A stretch of DNA of 64,000 nt from an uncultured Planctomycetaceae bacterium (GCA_964492875.1 CAZBLD010000002.1:5579-69578), one strand, 5' to 3'; numbered from the stretch's first letter, positions 31,809 through 41,345 are shown. The notes: generated by a model not told the origin, from the letters alone. Made by a program: numbers and translations.

Positions 31809-32387
31809 ATGGAAAAAATTACTTTAACTGTTCCGATTCCGAAAATTATTGCGAACATTGTTTTATGGTTTGTTCTGCGCTACAGAAAAAAACACTACGG
31901 CTTTACATTCAGACGCATAAAACTAACTGGCGGTAAATTCGCTATCGTTGACCCGGAGGATTTCGAAGAGTTGAATGCTTACAAATGGCACGCCGCAAAG
32001 GGTGGTCACACTTTTTACGCCATAAGGTCAATATACAACAAAGGACATATAACTACCGTAAAGATGCACAGGCAGATTATAAACCCGCCTGATGGTCGCG
32101 TAGTTGACCATAAAAATCACGAGGGCCTTGACAATCGAAAGGCGAATTTAAGGCCGGCTACTCGTGCCCAGAACTGTTGGAACAGTATAAATCTGCCTAA
32201 GAAAGACAGTTCCAGATACAGAGGGGTCAGGCGGGATAAGGACGGCGACAAATGGCGTGCTGTTATTTCTGTTAACGGAAAACACGTCCATCTCGGCTAT
32301 TTCACCGATGAAAACGAAGCCGCTAAAGCCTACGATGCCGCCGCCAAAAAATACCGCGGCGAATTTGCCGTTTTAAATTTCGTTTAG
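31809..32387 (+). CDS. Free-standing HNH-AP2 endonuclease
   Basis: VDHKNHEGLDNRKANLR...N (HNH); SRYRGV...W.A.I...LGYF...EAAKAYD (AP2). The track N-terminus from 31755 is translated heptamer repeat. Confidence 0.92.
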   Translation: MEKITLTVPIPKIIANIVLWFVLRYRKKHYGFTFRRIKLTGGKFAIVDPEDFEELNAYKWHAAKGGHTFYAIRSIYNKGHITTVKMHRQIINPPDGRVVDHKNHEGLDNRKANLRPATRAQNCWNSINLPKKDSSRYRGVRRDKDGDKWRAVISVNGKHVHLGYFTDENEAAKAYDAAAKKYRGEFAVLNFV

Positions 32388-32396
32388 CCCCACTTT

Positions 32397-32428
32397 CTTG
32401 TCCGACGAAGCTTTTAGCGAAGGCGGAT
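32397..32428 (-). repeat. Family A REP-like palindrome, inverted relative to the 31503 copy
   Basis: Reverse complement atccgccttcgctaaaagcttcgtcggacaag. Confidence 0.8.
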
Positions 32429-32438
32429 ACTGGGGGTC

Positions 32439-32819
32439 CTATTTTTCAATGTACTTTTCTGCAATATCTCCGGCAATCGGCAGCTTAAACTTTTCGCCCT
32501 GATATGCCTTAACCATAAGCAAAATCCAAAGAACCAAACCAGCTAAAGCCAAAATAGGATATAGCAGCGTAAAAACAGGGATTAGAAAGTATAAGTGTAT
32601 CACGTTGAATATCCCCACAAAAATCCCTACTGCAATCTGCAATACAGTTAACGCACCGAAAACAATTATTGATTGCATGGCGTGAAAGCGGACAAATTTA
32701 TTTTCCTTCTCGATAAGAAAGAAAACAAGCCCGCTAATCCACCCTAAAACATAGCATAGCAATCCTGCTATATTAGCCTGCATACCTGTCGAAGTCTTGC
32801 CTAAATCTTTTGTTTCCAT
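32439..32819 (-). CDS. DUF4870-like membrane protein
   Basis: NIAGLLCYVLGWISGLVFFLIEKENKFVRFHAMQS; AAGGAG before METKD. Confidence 0.85.
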   Translation of the reverse strand: METKDLGKTSTGMQANIAGLLCYVLGWISGLVFFLIEKENKFVRFHAMQSIIVFGALTVLQIAVGIFVGIFNVIHLYFLIPVFTLLYPILALAGLVLWILLMVKAYQGEKFKLPIAGDIAEKYIEK

Positions 32820-32950
32820 AGACACTCCTTTTTCATTTATTGCCATATTCCTGTTTATTGACCTGCTTTTCAGCTTCCCTGCTGTTTAACTTGTCTTATT
32901 GTACCACCATTTTTTGAAAATAAAAATTAAAAACTTGCCCCCGCTTTTTA

Positions 32951-33014
32951 TCCGCCTCTGGCGGGCTGGCGGACGCCGCCATTTGTCGCGTCGAAGCCTT
33001 TTGGCGAAGACGGA
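32951..33014. repeat. Cluster of one family B palindrome (tccgcc-N3-ggcgg) and a degenerate family A copy
   Basis: tccgcctctggcgg at 32951; ttgtcgcgtcgaagccttttggcgaagacgga at 32983. Confidence 0.6.
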
Positions 33015-33051
33015 CAACAGCCCCAACGTCCCCTATTATTTACCCTATTAT

Positions 33052-33819
33052 TTAAAATTTACCTTTCACTTGTTTCTGCCACTGACGGAATCGAACTTTA
33101 ACTGCTGAGATATTATCTTTGTCTAGCGGATTCATATGGCAGATTACACATCGTGATCTATACACTTCCTCGACAAACTGTTCGAACCATTCGATATTTG
33201 GGATGATATTCGGAACGACATCCGGCGCAATCCTTCTCATTAACGGAGATAATTGTTTCAGATCTAAGTAATCTATGGGTCGTGCCCCTCTTCTCTGGTG
33301 CCATGAGTGTTTAGTATCATCGGCCATCCTTTCAGCAGCCTGATCCTTTAATCCTTTGGGGGCTTTGGTATCCCACCAATTCGGACCGTACTTTGATTCC
33401 ATGAAAGAGGCAATGACCTCGCGAATTGAGTTTTCAAGAACATACAATAGAGGATAAATGGTTGCCATTTCTCTCGCCTCCCGCAACTTTTCCGCCGAGA
33501 GCACAGGGTCGCTTTCCTTAAACTCCCCAGAGATAATCAAAATCTTGCCTGTCCTAGTAGATTGTGTACCCTTGGACTTAGAGAGTGTTTGCATTGGTGT
33601 TGGCCTGTGTACTTGGCTTAGTACAGTTCTTATATGATTAACTTGTTCAGGCGAAAGATACTTGTCCAGCGGAATGCCCTGTTGGTGGGCTATGACATAA
33701 ACCGCATCATCTGAAATCATCGGATGGTCATTCTTTAGGCGTTTAACACGTTGCGAGAGGGCTTGGGGGGTACATCTTAGTTTCATTAACAATGCTTTCC
33801 GTAAAGCTCTGTTTACCAT
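33052..33819 (-). CDS. Swt1-like HEPN-domain protein with a separate N-terminal helical domain
   Basis: YPLLYVLENSIRE..., YG..WW, DYLDL, RxxxxH (RCVICH) followed by MN. Confidence 0.8.
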   Translation of the reverse strand: MVNRALRKALLMKLRCTPQALSQRVKRLKNDHPMISDDAVYVIAHQQGIPLDKYLSPEQVNHIRTVLSQVHRPTPMQTLSKSKGTQSTRTGKILIISGEFKESDPVLSAEKLREAREMATIYPLLYVLENSIREVIASFMESKYGPNWWDTKAPKGLKDQAAERMADDTKHSWHQRRGARPIDYLDLKQLSPLMRRIAPDVVPNIIPNIEWFEQFVEEVYRSRCVICHMNPLDKDNISAVKVRFRQWQKQVKGKF

Positions 33820-33832
33820 GGTTGTGCAAACA

Positions 33833-34039
33833 CTATTTTAGATTGTTAACAATGCTTTTGATTTTACGTGCCGGAAGCATCCTGCTGGTGTCGCTTTTAT
33901 CCATTTTCAGTGCAATAGATATTTCTTTACCTTTCGCTCCCAACTTATAGAGCAGAGTTACTAATAATCTTTTGATCGCTACCAGCTCCCGTTCAACCGG
34001 ATCGTTCGGTTTTGAATTTGTCTGTTTTCTTTTAGCCAT
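33833..34039 (-). CDS. Small HTH protein (third of three)
   Basis: AAGGAG RBS overlapping the upstream stop; LGAKGKEISIALKMDKSDTSR HTH-like. Confidence 0.7.
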   Translation of the reverse strand: MAKRKQTNSKPNDPVERELVAIKRLLVTLLYKLGAKGKEISIALKMDKSDTSRMLPARKIKSIVNNLK

Positions 34040-34049
34040 ACGAAACTCC

Positions 34050-34349
34050 TTAAAAAAGCATCCAGTTAGCCCCACTCATAATCAATGACGAGAAGGGCAA
34101 TGTCATGGTCATGAGGGAACCAATTATCCTCTTTTTTTTGTGTTTTTTACGCATCGCAGTTAAAGATACTCGGACTGTATTGGGCGTTGTTCCGATTAAC
34201 TCTGCGATTTCTTTAGGTGCCAACCCTGATTTGGATAGCAATTCGATTTTTTCCTGTTGCTTTTTTCCGGCCAAGAGATTGCTTGCAACCAATCTTATTA
34301 ATGTATCAAGTCGTTGGATAACAGGTTGTAACTTTAAATCATTATTCAT
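34050..34349 (-). CDS. Small HTH protein (second of three)
   Basis: KIELLSKSGLAPKEIAELIGTTPNTVRV; ATGA overlap with the upstream gene. Confidence 0.8.
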   Translation of the reverse strand: MNNDLKLQPVIQRLDTLIRLVASNLLAGKKQQEKIELLSKSGLAPKEIAELIGTTPNTVRVSLTAMRKKHKKKRIIGSLMTMTLPFSSLIMSGANWMLF

Positions 34350-34567
34350 TTTCTACTCCTCTTTTTTTGGTGTATAACGGCGGTTATATAGTTAGTTGGT
34401 TTATTGAGAATTTCGCCTATTTCTGCTGGAGATAGGCTTAAGTTAGATAAACGATGTATCTTTTGAGATGTGGATGTTGAATTTTCTGATGACGCAATAT
34501 CACTTATTAGCGAAATTAGGATATTGAGACGTTTTATAATGGTTTTTTGAAGTTTTGTGTCTTCCAT
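34346..34567 (-). CDS. Small HTH protein (first of three)
   Basis: KIHRLSNLSLSPAEIGEILNKPTNYI; aligns with 34050-34349. Confidence 0.75.
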   Translation of the reverse strand: MEDTKLQKTIIKRLNILISLISDIASSENSTSTSQKIHRLSNLSLSPAEIGEILNKPTNYITAVIHQKKRSRK

Positions 34568-34874
34568 AATTGCATTCCTAATTAAATGGAATTCTTAAAT
34601 CCTTTTATATTCATAAGATACGACAATAGCATTAGACAATTATGCTGTCAAGAAAAAATTTTTATGTTTTTTTAGTCTTTTGGTTATTGGCTCGTTCATT
34701 TTTTTGTATCTCCTTGTTATTTATAGCCTTAAACGGCGAAAAGGGCAAAGAATTTTTAGATGTGGGGAATTTTGAATTTTGCGTCTAAATACCCTGCGAC
34801 GACGGTTTTAAGAAAGTTTTAAAGGTGTTACAGGCATATAAATACAAAATGTGTAAAAAAAATTAAAAAATTCC

Positions 34875-34948
34875 TTGCACCAGCTTATTAAATATCGTAT
34901 ATATTATATCAGTGCGGGCGTTGACTGAGTCGATGGCTCGCATTTTTT
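34875..34948 (+). ncRNA. Candidate promoter plus ~38-nt hairpin RNA convergent on the DUF3800 gene
   Basis: TTGCAC (34875-80), TA-rich -10 region (34898-905), 13-bp hairpin 34913-34942, T6 tract. Confidence 0.5.
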
Positions 34949-35687
34949 ATTTCCCGCTTTTGAATTCCCAGACACTAAAGTAATTCGGCTGATGTATTGT
35001 AAAATTACGGGCCAAGCAATCACATTTAACTTTTTCCTTCAGAAAATCACAGACTCTGCTTTTATAAACGTCAAATCTCAAATCTTTTTGCCTTGTTCTT
35101 CTGAAATCCAAAACGATACAGCCGATTAACGCGTCCACCAGTTGAATAAACAAGGAGGCATGAGATTCCAGCATGGTTGCATTAAATACTGAATCGACAG
35201 TTCGTATTTCCGGCTCGTAAAATTTGCTGCATTCTTTCGGTTTCCCAAGGAAATCTGCAATTACACAGATGCGATCTTCAGGTTTTATGTTTTTCTTAAT
35301 CAGCAGCTTCGAGTAACTTATATAAGCATCCCATGTGCTTGGAAATACAGCTTCAACATTTATCTGAGGATTTTGCTTATCCAGAACAAATGAGCAAAAT
35401 TCAAGATTCTTAAATTTAAAATAAAGGTCAATCAGTTCATAATAAAACTCAACCGAAGTTTTTGTGATATTCGTGAATTTAAACTCGAATGAGCCCAGTT
35501 TAGACGGCATACCCCTGTTTTGTCTGGCTAAATCAAGTTTAGATTCGGCCCTATTTTTCAAAATTCTTAATTGCTCTGATAACAAAGATGTATCTTCACA
35601 CTTAAGAAGTCCAAGAGCAAAAAATCGTTGCGTAGGGTCTTTGTATAAAACTCCTGTTTCATCAATAAACCCAAGATAATTTGCCAT
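34947..35687 (-). CDS. DUF3800-family protein
   Basis: N-terminal FIDETG, EFKF, C-terminal SH...IQLVD. Confidence 0.85.
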   Translation of the reverse strand: MANYLGFIDETGVLYKDPTQRFFALGLLKCEDTSLLSEQLRILKNRAESKLDLARQNRGMPSKLGSFEFKFTNITKTSVEFYYELIDLYFKFKNLEFCSFVLDKQNPQINVEAVFPSTWDAYISYSKLLIKKNIKPEDRICVIADFLGKPKECSKFYEPEIRTVDSVFNATMLESHASLFIQLVDALIGCIVLDFRRTRQKDLRFDVYKSRVCDFLKEKVKCDCLARNFTIHQPNYFSVWEFKSGK

Positions 35688-35733
35688 TGTCTGAAGATCT
35701 CTCCTTAGTCTTGGGCCAAAGGCCGACAGTGAT

Positions 35734-36981
35734 TTAAACTTTTCCTACTACAAGGCAGCAGTTATGGCCGCCGAAGCCGAACGAATTGCTTAAAGCATAA
35801 TCGACCCTTCTTTCTTTGGAGACCTTCGGCACAAAATCCAATTTCGGGTCGCATTCGGGGTCGATGTTATCGAGGTTTATTGTAGGATGGATTATAGAGG
35901 TTTGGATTGTTTTGCAGGTTGCTACCAGTTCGATTCCGCCGCTTGCGCCGAGCGAATGGCCGATTGCGCTTTTTGTTGAGCTGATTGACAATTTATAGGC
36001 GTGCTGGCCGAAAACTTTCTTTATCGCCAGTGTCTCGGCAATATCGTTAAGCTGAGTGCTTGTGCCGTGCGCGTTTATGTAATCTATTTTTTCTTTCGCG
36101 ATTCCCGCCTGTTTGAGCGCAATTTCTATTGCCTTTATGGCGCCTGCCCCATCCGGCGGCGGTGCGGTTATATGATGTGCATCTGCCGTTGCGCCGTAGC
36201 CTAAAAGCTCAGCATAGATTTTCGCTCCGCGTTTTTTGGCATGCTCGTATTCTTCAAGAATAAGAGTCGCAGCGCCTTCAGCCATTACAAAGCCGTCACG
36301 GTCGATATCGAACGGTCTTGAAGCAATTTCAGGCGTATCGTTTTTGGTGCTTAGTGCCTTTAAAGCACAGAAAGAACCCACGCCGACCGGCGAGATGGCC
36401 GCTTCTGACCCGCCGGTTATGATAACATCGCTGCGTTCCGTCAGGATGTTATAAAACGCCTCGCCGATTGAATGTGATGCGGAGGCACAGGCGGTAACGA
36501 CGCAGAAATTCGGTCCTCTTAGGCCGTACATCATCGACATCGTACCGCTGGCGGCGTTGGCCATAAGTTTTGGCACGGTGAAAGGTGAAACGAACCGGGG
36601 TCCTTTATTCAGCAGTCGGATATGTTGTTGTTCGATTTCCTGGATGCCGCCGATGCCTGTTCCGAAGATAACGCCGCACCGGTTGAGGTCTTCTTTTGAA
36701 AAATTGATTCCGCTGTCATTGACAGCCTGCACTGCCGAGGCCACCGCAAGCTGGCAGAAGCGGTCCATTCGTTTGCCTTCGCGGGCATCGATGAATTTGG
36801 TAATATCGAAATCTTTTATCTCCCCGCCGAATCTTGTCGAAAACTGTGAAACATCAAAGCTGGTAATATGGGAAACGCCGCTTTTACCTCTGCAGATTGA
36901 GTCGAAGAAAACATCCACAGAGTCCCCCAGCGGGGTAACGCAGCCCAGGCCTGTTATAACCACTCGCCGATTATTCATCAC
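35734..36981 (-). CDS. fabF: 3-oxoacyl-ACP synthase II
   Basis: TACAS, NAHGTST, KSAIGH, SNSFGFGGHN. Confidence 0.97.
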   Translation of the reverse strand: MMNNRRVVITGLGCVTPLGDSVDVFFDSICRGKSGVSHITSFDVSQFSTRFGGEIKDFDITKFIDAREGKRMDRFCQLAVASAVQAVNDSGINFSKEDLNRCGVIFGTGIGGIQEIEQQHIRLLNKGPRFVSPFTVPKLMANAASGTMSMMYGLRGPNFCVVTACASASHSIGEAFYNILTERSDVIITGGSEAAISPVGVGSFCALKALSTKNDTPEIASRPFDIDRDGFVMAEGAATLILEEYEHAKKRGAKIYAELLGYGATADAHHITAPPPDGAGAIKAIEIALKQAGIAKEKIDYINAHGTSTQLNDIAETLAIKKVFGQHAYKLSISSTKSAIGHSLGASGGIELVATCKTIQTSIIHPTINLDNIDPECDPKLDFVPKVSKERRVDYALSNSFGFGGHNCCLVVGKV

Positions 36982-36993
36982 AACAGCCTGCTA

Positions 36994-37257
36994 TCAGCTC
37001 TGCTCTTTCTTCTTTAGCATATCGATGACATAGTCGATCGCGGCCCCGACGGTCTGGATTTTTTCTGCCTCTTCATCAGGAATACTGGTATCAAACTCAT
37101 CCTCAAATTCCATCACCAACTCAACAGTATCAAGCGAATCAGCGTTAAGGTCGTTAATAAACGATGTTTCACGCGTTATTTCCGACTCATCAGTACCCAT
37201 CTGGTCGGCAACAATCTTTATAACCTTCTTTTCAATAGCCTGAACGTCAATACTCAC
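36994..37257 (-). CDS. acpP: Acyl carrier protein
   Basis: [14 protein letters not shown]. Confidence 0.97.
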   Translation of the reverse strand: MSIDVQAIEKKVIKIVADQMGTDESEITRETSFINDLNADSLDTVELVMEFEDEFDTSIPDEEAEKIQTVGAAIDYVIDMLKKKEQS

Positions 37258-37393
37258 TTTTCGTCTCCTTGAATCAAAAATGCTCCATATTTGACATTTT
37301 ATAAGTACGACCGTTCCGCCTGGGGCGGATAAATTTACATTAGCGCGGTAATATACCCGTCAATAACGACCAATGCAACCATTTTTTTCATAA

Positions 37394-38134
37394 TTACATA
37401 GCCATACCGCCATCGACCTGCAGGACCTGGCCGTTAATATAGCCTGCATCATCACTTGCCAGAAAAGCTACTGCCTTTGCCACGTCCTGGGGCGTGCCAA
37501 ATCTTTTTGCCGGAATTATAGCCAAAGCCGCCTCCTTGACGGCATCCGGCAGAACATTCGTCATTTCCGTAATAATGAAACCCGGTGCGATACAATTGGC
37601 GGTAATACCCTTTTTGGCGACTTCCCTGACTATGGACTTTGTCATTCCGATAAGGCCTGCTTTACTTGCGGCATAATTGGCGCTGCCTGCCTGACCGAAA
37701 ATTGCAGCAACCGAACTTATACTGATAATCCTGCCGAACTTATTTCGAAGCATCGAGCGCAAAGCGGCCCTTGTGGCCATAAAGGCCGCCCGCAGATTCA
37801 CCGCCATCAAAGCATCGTATTCCTCATCGCTCATCTGGAGCATAAGCCTATCGCGCGTAATTCCTGCATTATTTACGAGGATTCCTATCCCGCCGTACTG
37901 CTTCGCCAATTCCTCTAAACAATCATTTAACTGCTCTGTCTTCGTGATGTCTATGCACTTTGTTAAACAGGTGTAACCTGCTTGGGCAACGATGATTTGG
38001 AGCTCCTTAAGCTGCTCGGCATTGACATCAAGTCCAGCAACGAATCTATCCTGCTTTAAAAGCTCAAGCACAATCGCCCTGCCGATACCCCTTGCCGCTC
38101 CAGTTACAACCGCAAGCCTTTTTTCTTCAGCCAT
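37394..38134 (-). CDS. fabG: 3-oxoacyl-ACP reductase
   Basis: TGAARGIG, NNAGITRD, YAASK. Confidence 0.96.
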   Translation of the reverse strand: MAEEKRLAVVTGAARGIGRAIVLELLKQDRFVAGLDVNAEQLKELQIIVAQAGYTCLTKCIDITKTEQLNDCLEELAKQYGGIGILVNNAGITRDRLMLQMSDEEYDALMAVNLRAAFMATRAALRSMLRNKFGRIISISSVAAIFGQAGSANYAASKAGLIGMTKSIVREVAKKGITANCIAPGFIITEMTNVLPDAVKEAALAIIPAKRFGTPQDVAKAVAFLASDDAGYINGQVLQVDGGMAM

Positions 38135-38136
38135 TG

Positions 38137-39075
38137 CTATACTCCAACCAACTCCTTCAAATTGGCAATACTGCTTATATTGAAAACTGTCGCCTTTCTG
38201 TTGATTCTTCTCATAAGACCCATCAAAACCCTGTTTGGACCTATTTCATAGAACATAGTTACTCCGTCAGCCAAAAGCTTTTCCATACACTTTTGCCAGA
38301 GAACCGCACCGGTAAGCTGCTTAACAAGGCCTTGTGAGATTTGCTTCTTGGTTTTATAATACTCTGCATCCACATTTGCTATAACGGCTATATTTCCGAG
38401 ATTGTTGATTTTGCACTGTGCGAGGGCTTTTTTAAGTTCTTCTGACGCCGAGGCCATCATCTCCGAATGAAACGCCCCTGCCACTTTCAGCTCTACCGCT
38501 TTTATTGCACCGTACTTTCCAGCAAGAGCCAAAGCCCTTTTACAAGCCTCGACAGAGCCTGTAATGACAATCTGGCCGGGACAGTTAAAATTTGCACATT
38601 TCAGCAGCTGTCCCTGCGCTGCTTCGGTACAGATTTTTTCAACGGCAATCTGCTCAAGGCCGATTATACTTACCATAGAGCCTTTTGAGGCATCCGCGGC
38701 GGCCTGCATAGCCTGGCCGCGTTTCTGCACAAGCCTAAGGCCATCTTCAAAACTAAAACAATCGGCGGCATAAAGAGCCGTATATTCACCCAGACTCAGC
38801 CCTGCAGTTACATCCGGAGGTTTAATTGTCCCTCTTGCCTTTAAAACCTCAAGGATAGCAACCGATGTTACGAAGATAGCCGGTTGTGAAACGGTCGTTG
38901 AGTCAAGTTTATCTTCCGGTCCCTCAAAACAGGTTTTTGCAAGGTCGTAGCCGAGTATTTCGTCCGCTCTGTCAAAGAGCTGCTCAGCCAGCGGCTCAGC
39001 ATCATAAAAATCCTTTCCCATACCCACTGTCTGAGCGCCCTGGCCGGGAAATATATAAGCGATTCTTCCTGCCAT
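38137..39075 (-). CDS. fabD: Malonyl-CoA:ACP transacylase
   Basis: FPGQGAQ, GLSLGEY, GAFHS. Confidence 0.96.
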   Translation of the reverse strand: MAGRIAYIFPGQGAQTVGMGKDFYDAEPLAEQLFDRADEILGYDLAKTCFEGPEDKLDSTTVSQPAIFVTSVAILEVLKARGTIKPPDVTAGLSLGEYTALYAADCFSFEDGLRLVQKRGQAMQAAADASKGSMVSIIGLEQIAVEKICTEAAQGQLLKCANFNCPGQIVITGSVEACKRALALAGKYGAIKAVELKVAGAFHSEMMASASEELKKALAQCKINNLGNIAVIANVDAEYYKTKKQISQGLVKQLTGAVLWQKCMEKLLADGVTMFYEIGPNRVLMGLMRRINRKATVFNISSIANLKELVGV

Positions 39076-39095
39076 ACTTTCCCCTGAAAGACTTT

Positions 39096-40112
39096 TCAGA
39101 ACTCAATTACGTTAGCCCCCCAGGTCAGACCACCGCCAAAGGCAACCAGCAGAACAATGTCCCCCTTTTCAATTCTGCCCTGCCTGATACACTCATCCAG
39201 CGCAATGGGGATGGAGGCCGCTGAGGTGTTGCCGTACTTATCAATATTCATAAACACCTTTTCATCAGGCAATCGGAGTCTTTTCGCCACGGACTCAATA
39301 ATTCTTGCATTCATCTGATGAGGAATGAATAACTTTATATCGTCGGCTGAAAGCCGGCAGTTTGTCAGACAGTCCTCAATGGTCTCAATAATTTTTCTCA
39401 CCGCCAGCTGGTAAACCTCCTTGCCGTTAATCTGCATATAGATATAAGCGGGATTTTCCAACGGCTTGTCTGCCGGGTATCTGCTTCCGTAAGCGGGACA
39501 GTTAAGGGAAGGCCAGCCAGTTCCGTCGGAGCCGGAAGTGCTGTAGAAGATTCCCCTTGAGCCGTTAAGAGCGCCCCTTTTCACTATTGCAGCGCCTGCA
39601 CCGTCGCCGAAAAGGATGCAACTTTTCCTGTCCTTGTAATCGGTGATTTTACTAAGCGTCTCTGCCCCAATGACAAGGACATTGTCATATCTGCCGGCTA
39701 TTACAAAATGCTGAGCGATGCTCAACGCATAAACAAAGCCGCTGCAGGCAGCCGAGACATCGAATGCCCAGGCCTTTTTTGCACCGAGCTGCTCCTGCAC
39801 AAAGCAGGCCGTTGCGGGAAATACCATCTCAGGCGTTGCCGTCGCCACGATAATCAATTCGACATCTCCAGCAGATATATCGGCCTGCTGGAGGGCTTTT
39901 CTTGCAGCGTCGGTTGCCAGAAACGCGGTTGTCTGATAATCCTGCGCTATATGACGGACCTTTATACCCGTCCGCGATGTTATCCATTCATCGCTGGTAT
40001 CAACCATTTTTGTAAGGTCTTCGTTTGTAAGCTGCTTTTCAGGTATGCATGAACCTGTGCCTGCAATGACAGCCCTGAAATTACAACCCAAACCAGTTTT
40101 CGTATTACTCAT
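39096..40112 (-). CDS. fabH: 3-oxoacyl-ACP synthase III
   Basis: AACSGF, LFGDGAGA, PHQMN, GNTSAAS. Confidence 0.96.
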   Translation of the reverse strand: MSNTKTGLGCNFRAVIAGTGSCIPEKQLTNEDLTKMVDTSDEWITSRTGIKVRHIAQDYQTTAFLATDAARKALQQADISAGDVELIIVATATPEMVFPATACFVQEQLGAKKAWAFDVSAACSGFVYALSIAQHFVIAGRYDNVLVIGAETLSKITDYKDRKSCILFGDGAGAAIVKRGALNGSRGIFYSTSGSDGTGWPSLNCPAYGSRYPADKPLENPAYIYMQINGKEVYQLAVRKIIETIEDCLTNCRLSADDIKLFIPHQMNARIIESVAKRLRLPDEKVFMNIDKYGNTSAASIPIALDECIRQGRIEKGDIVLLVAFGGGLTWGANVIEF

Positions 40113-41151
40113 CCGTGCCTCTGACCCCCTCTCTTGCTTCGCAAGAAGCTGAGGGGGTTGTTAACAGGTATTCCCTTACTTTCTCGTTAATTTTCTGATT
40201 GTAAAATTTTCGGCAGGCCATAATGGCATTTTTTATTGTCCCAGCCCTGCTGGCACCATGACAGATAACAGATGTACCGTTTACGCCTAAAAGCAGCGCC
40301 CCGCCATACTCATTGTAATCGTATTTCTGGTACATCCGCTGGACTACGGGCTTGAACTTCAATGCAAGCTCCACCGACTCCTGCATAAGCTCATTCCTTA
40401 TAAGCTTAAAGAGCCCGTCAACCAGCCCCTCGGTGAGCTTAAGCACGACGTTTCCCACAAACCCGTCACATATCGCGACATCGCATTTGCCCTTGAATAT
40501 GTCGCGTCCTTCGATATTGCCGATAAAATTTATTTTCGGGTCGCTCTTTATAAGCTCTCTCGCTTTTTTTACAATTTCGTTTCCCTTGGCGTCCTCTTCG
40601 CCGATGCTCATAATTCCGACGCGCGGGTTTTCGATGCCAAGAAGATGTTTCGAATACATACAGGCCATTATGGCGTACTGATAGAAGTTAATGGGCTTGC
40701 AGGCGATATTAGCGCCGACATCGCACATTGTAACAGGACCTTCAAATGTCGGAAAAACAACGGCGATTCCCGGCCTGTTTACGCCTTCGATGTTTCGCAT
40801 TCTCATCTGACAGGCGGCGACGAAGGCCCCTGTATTTCCCCCAGAGATGACTGCGTCAGCCTCGCCATTTGAAACGAGTTTAACCATAACTGATATGGAG
40901 CTGTGCCGTTTTTTTCTCAGGGCGTCAATGGGTGACTCCTCCATACCGATAACTTCGGGGGCATCGACTATCTTAAGCACATCACCGTACTTGCTGAGAT
41001 TTTCCGTTCCGAGCCTGGTTTCAATAACTTCAGCAGGGCCAACAAGGATTAAACTGTCATCTTTATCGAGATACTGTATAGACTCAATGGCACCGGCCAG
41101 GATTTCGTCCGGAGCAAAATCGCCACCCATGGCGTCAATGGCTATCCTCAT
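40105..41151 (-). CDS. plsX: Phosphate acyltransferase PlsX
   Basis: IAIDAMGGDFAP, SGGNTGA, DGFVGN, GALLLGV, HGAS. Confidence 0.96.
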   Translation of the reverse strand: MRIAIDAMGGDFAPDEILAGAIESIQYLDKDDSLILVGPAEVIETRLGTENLSKYGDVLKIVDAPEVIGMEESPIDALRKKRHSSISVMVKLVSNGEADAVISGGNTGAFVAACQMRMRNIEGVNRPGIAVVFPTFEGPVTMCDVGANIACKPINFYQYAIMACMYSKHLLGIENPRVGIMSIGEEDAKGNEIVKKARELIKSDPKINFIGNIEGRDIFKGKCDVAICDGFVGNVVLKLTEGLVDGLFKLIRNELMQESVELALKFKPVVQRMYQKYDYNEYGGALLLGVNGTSVICHGASRAGTIKNAIMACRKFYNQKINEKVREYLLTTPSASCEAREGVRGTDE

Positions 41152-41153
41152 CG

Positions 41154-41345
41154 TCAGCTCGTCTCCTCTTTTTTGGCAAGCTTGAGTGTGATTTTGGGAT
41201 TGAGATATCCGCAGTTATCACAGGCAGCATGCGGCAGTTTCGGACTTTCACATTTTTTGCATATAGAATAGTTTACCGCCTTTAACGCCTGATGGCTTCT
41301 GCGAGACCTCGTCCTGCTTTTGCTTGTTTTTTTTACCGGTAGCAT
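41154..41345 (-). CDS. rpmF: 50S ribosomal protein L32
   Basis: PVKKTSKSR...CKKC...PHAACDNCG; GGAGG RBS. Confidence 0.93.
   Translation of the reverse strand: MLPVKKTSKSRTRSRRSHQALKAVNYSICKKCESPKLPHAACDNCGYLNPKITLKLAKKEETS

Noticed and set aside
31809-32387. HNH-AP2 as the homing endonuclease of the tRNA intron
   Set aside because: It lies 14 kb away, the intron has no ORF, and nothing in the sequence links them
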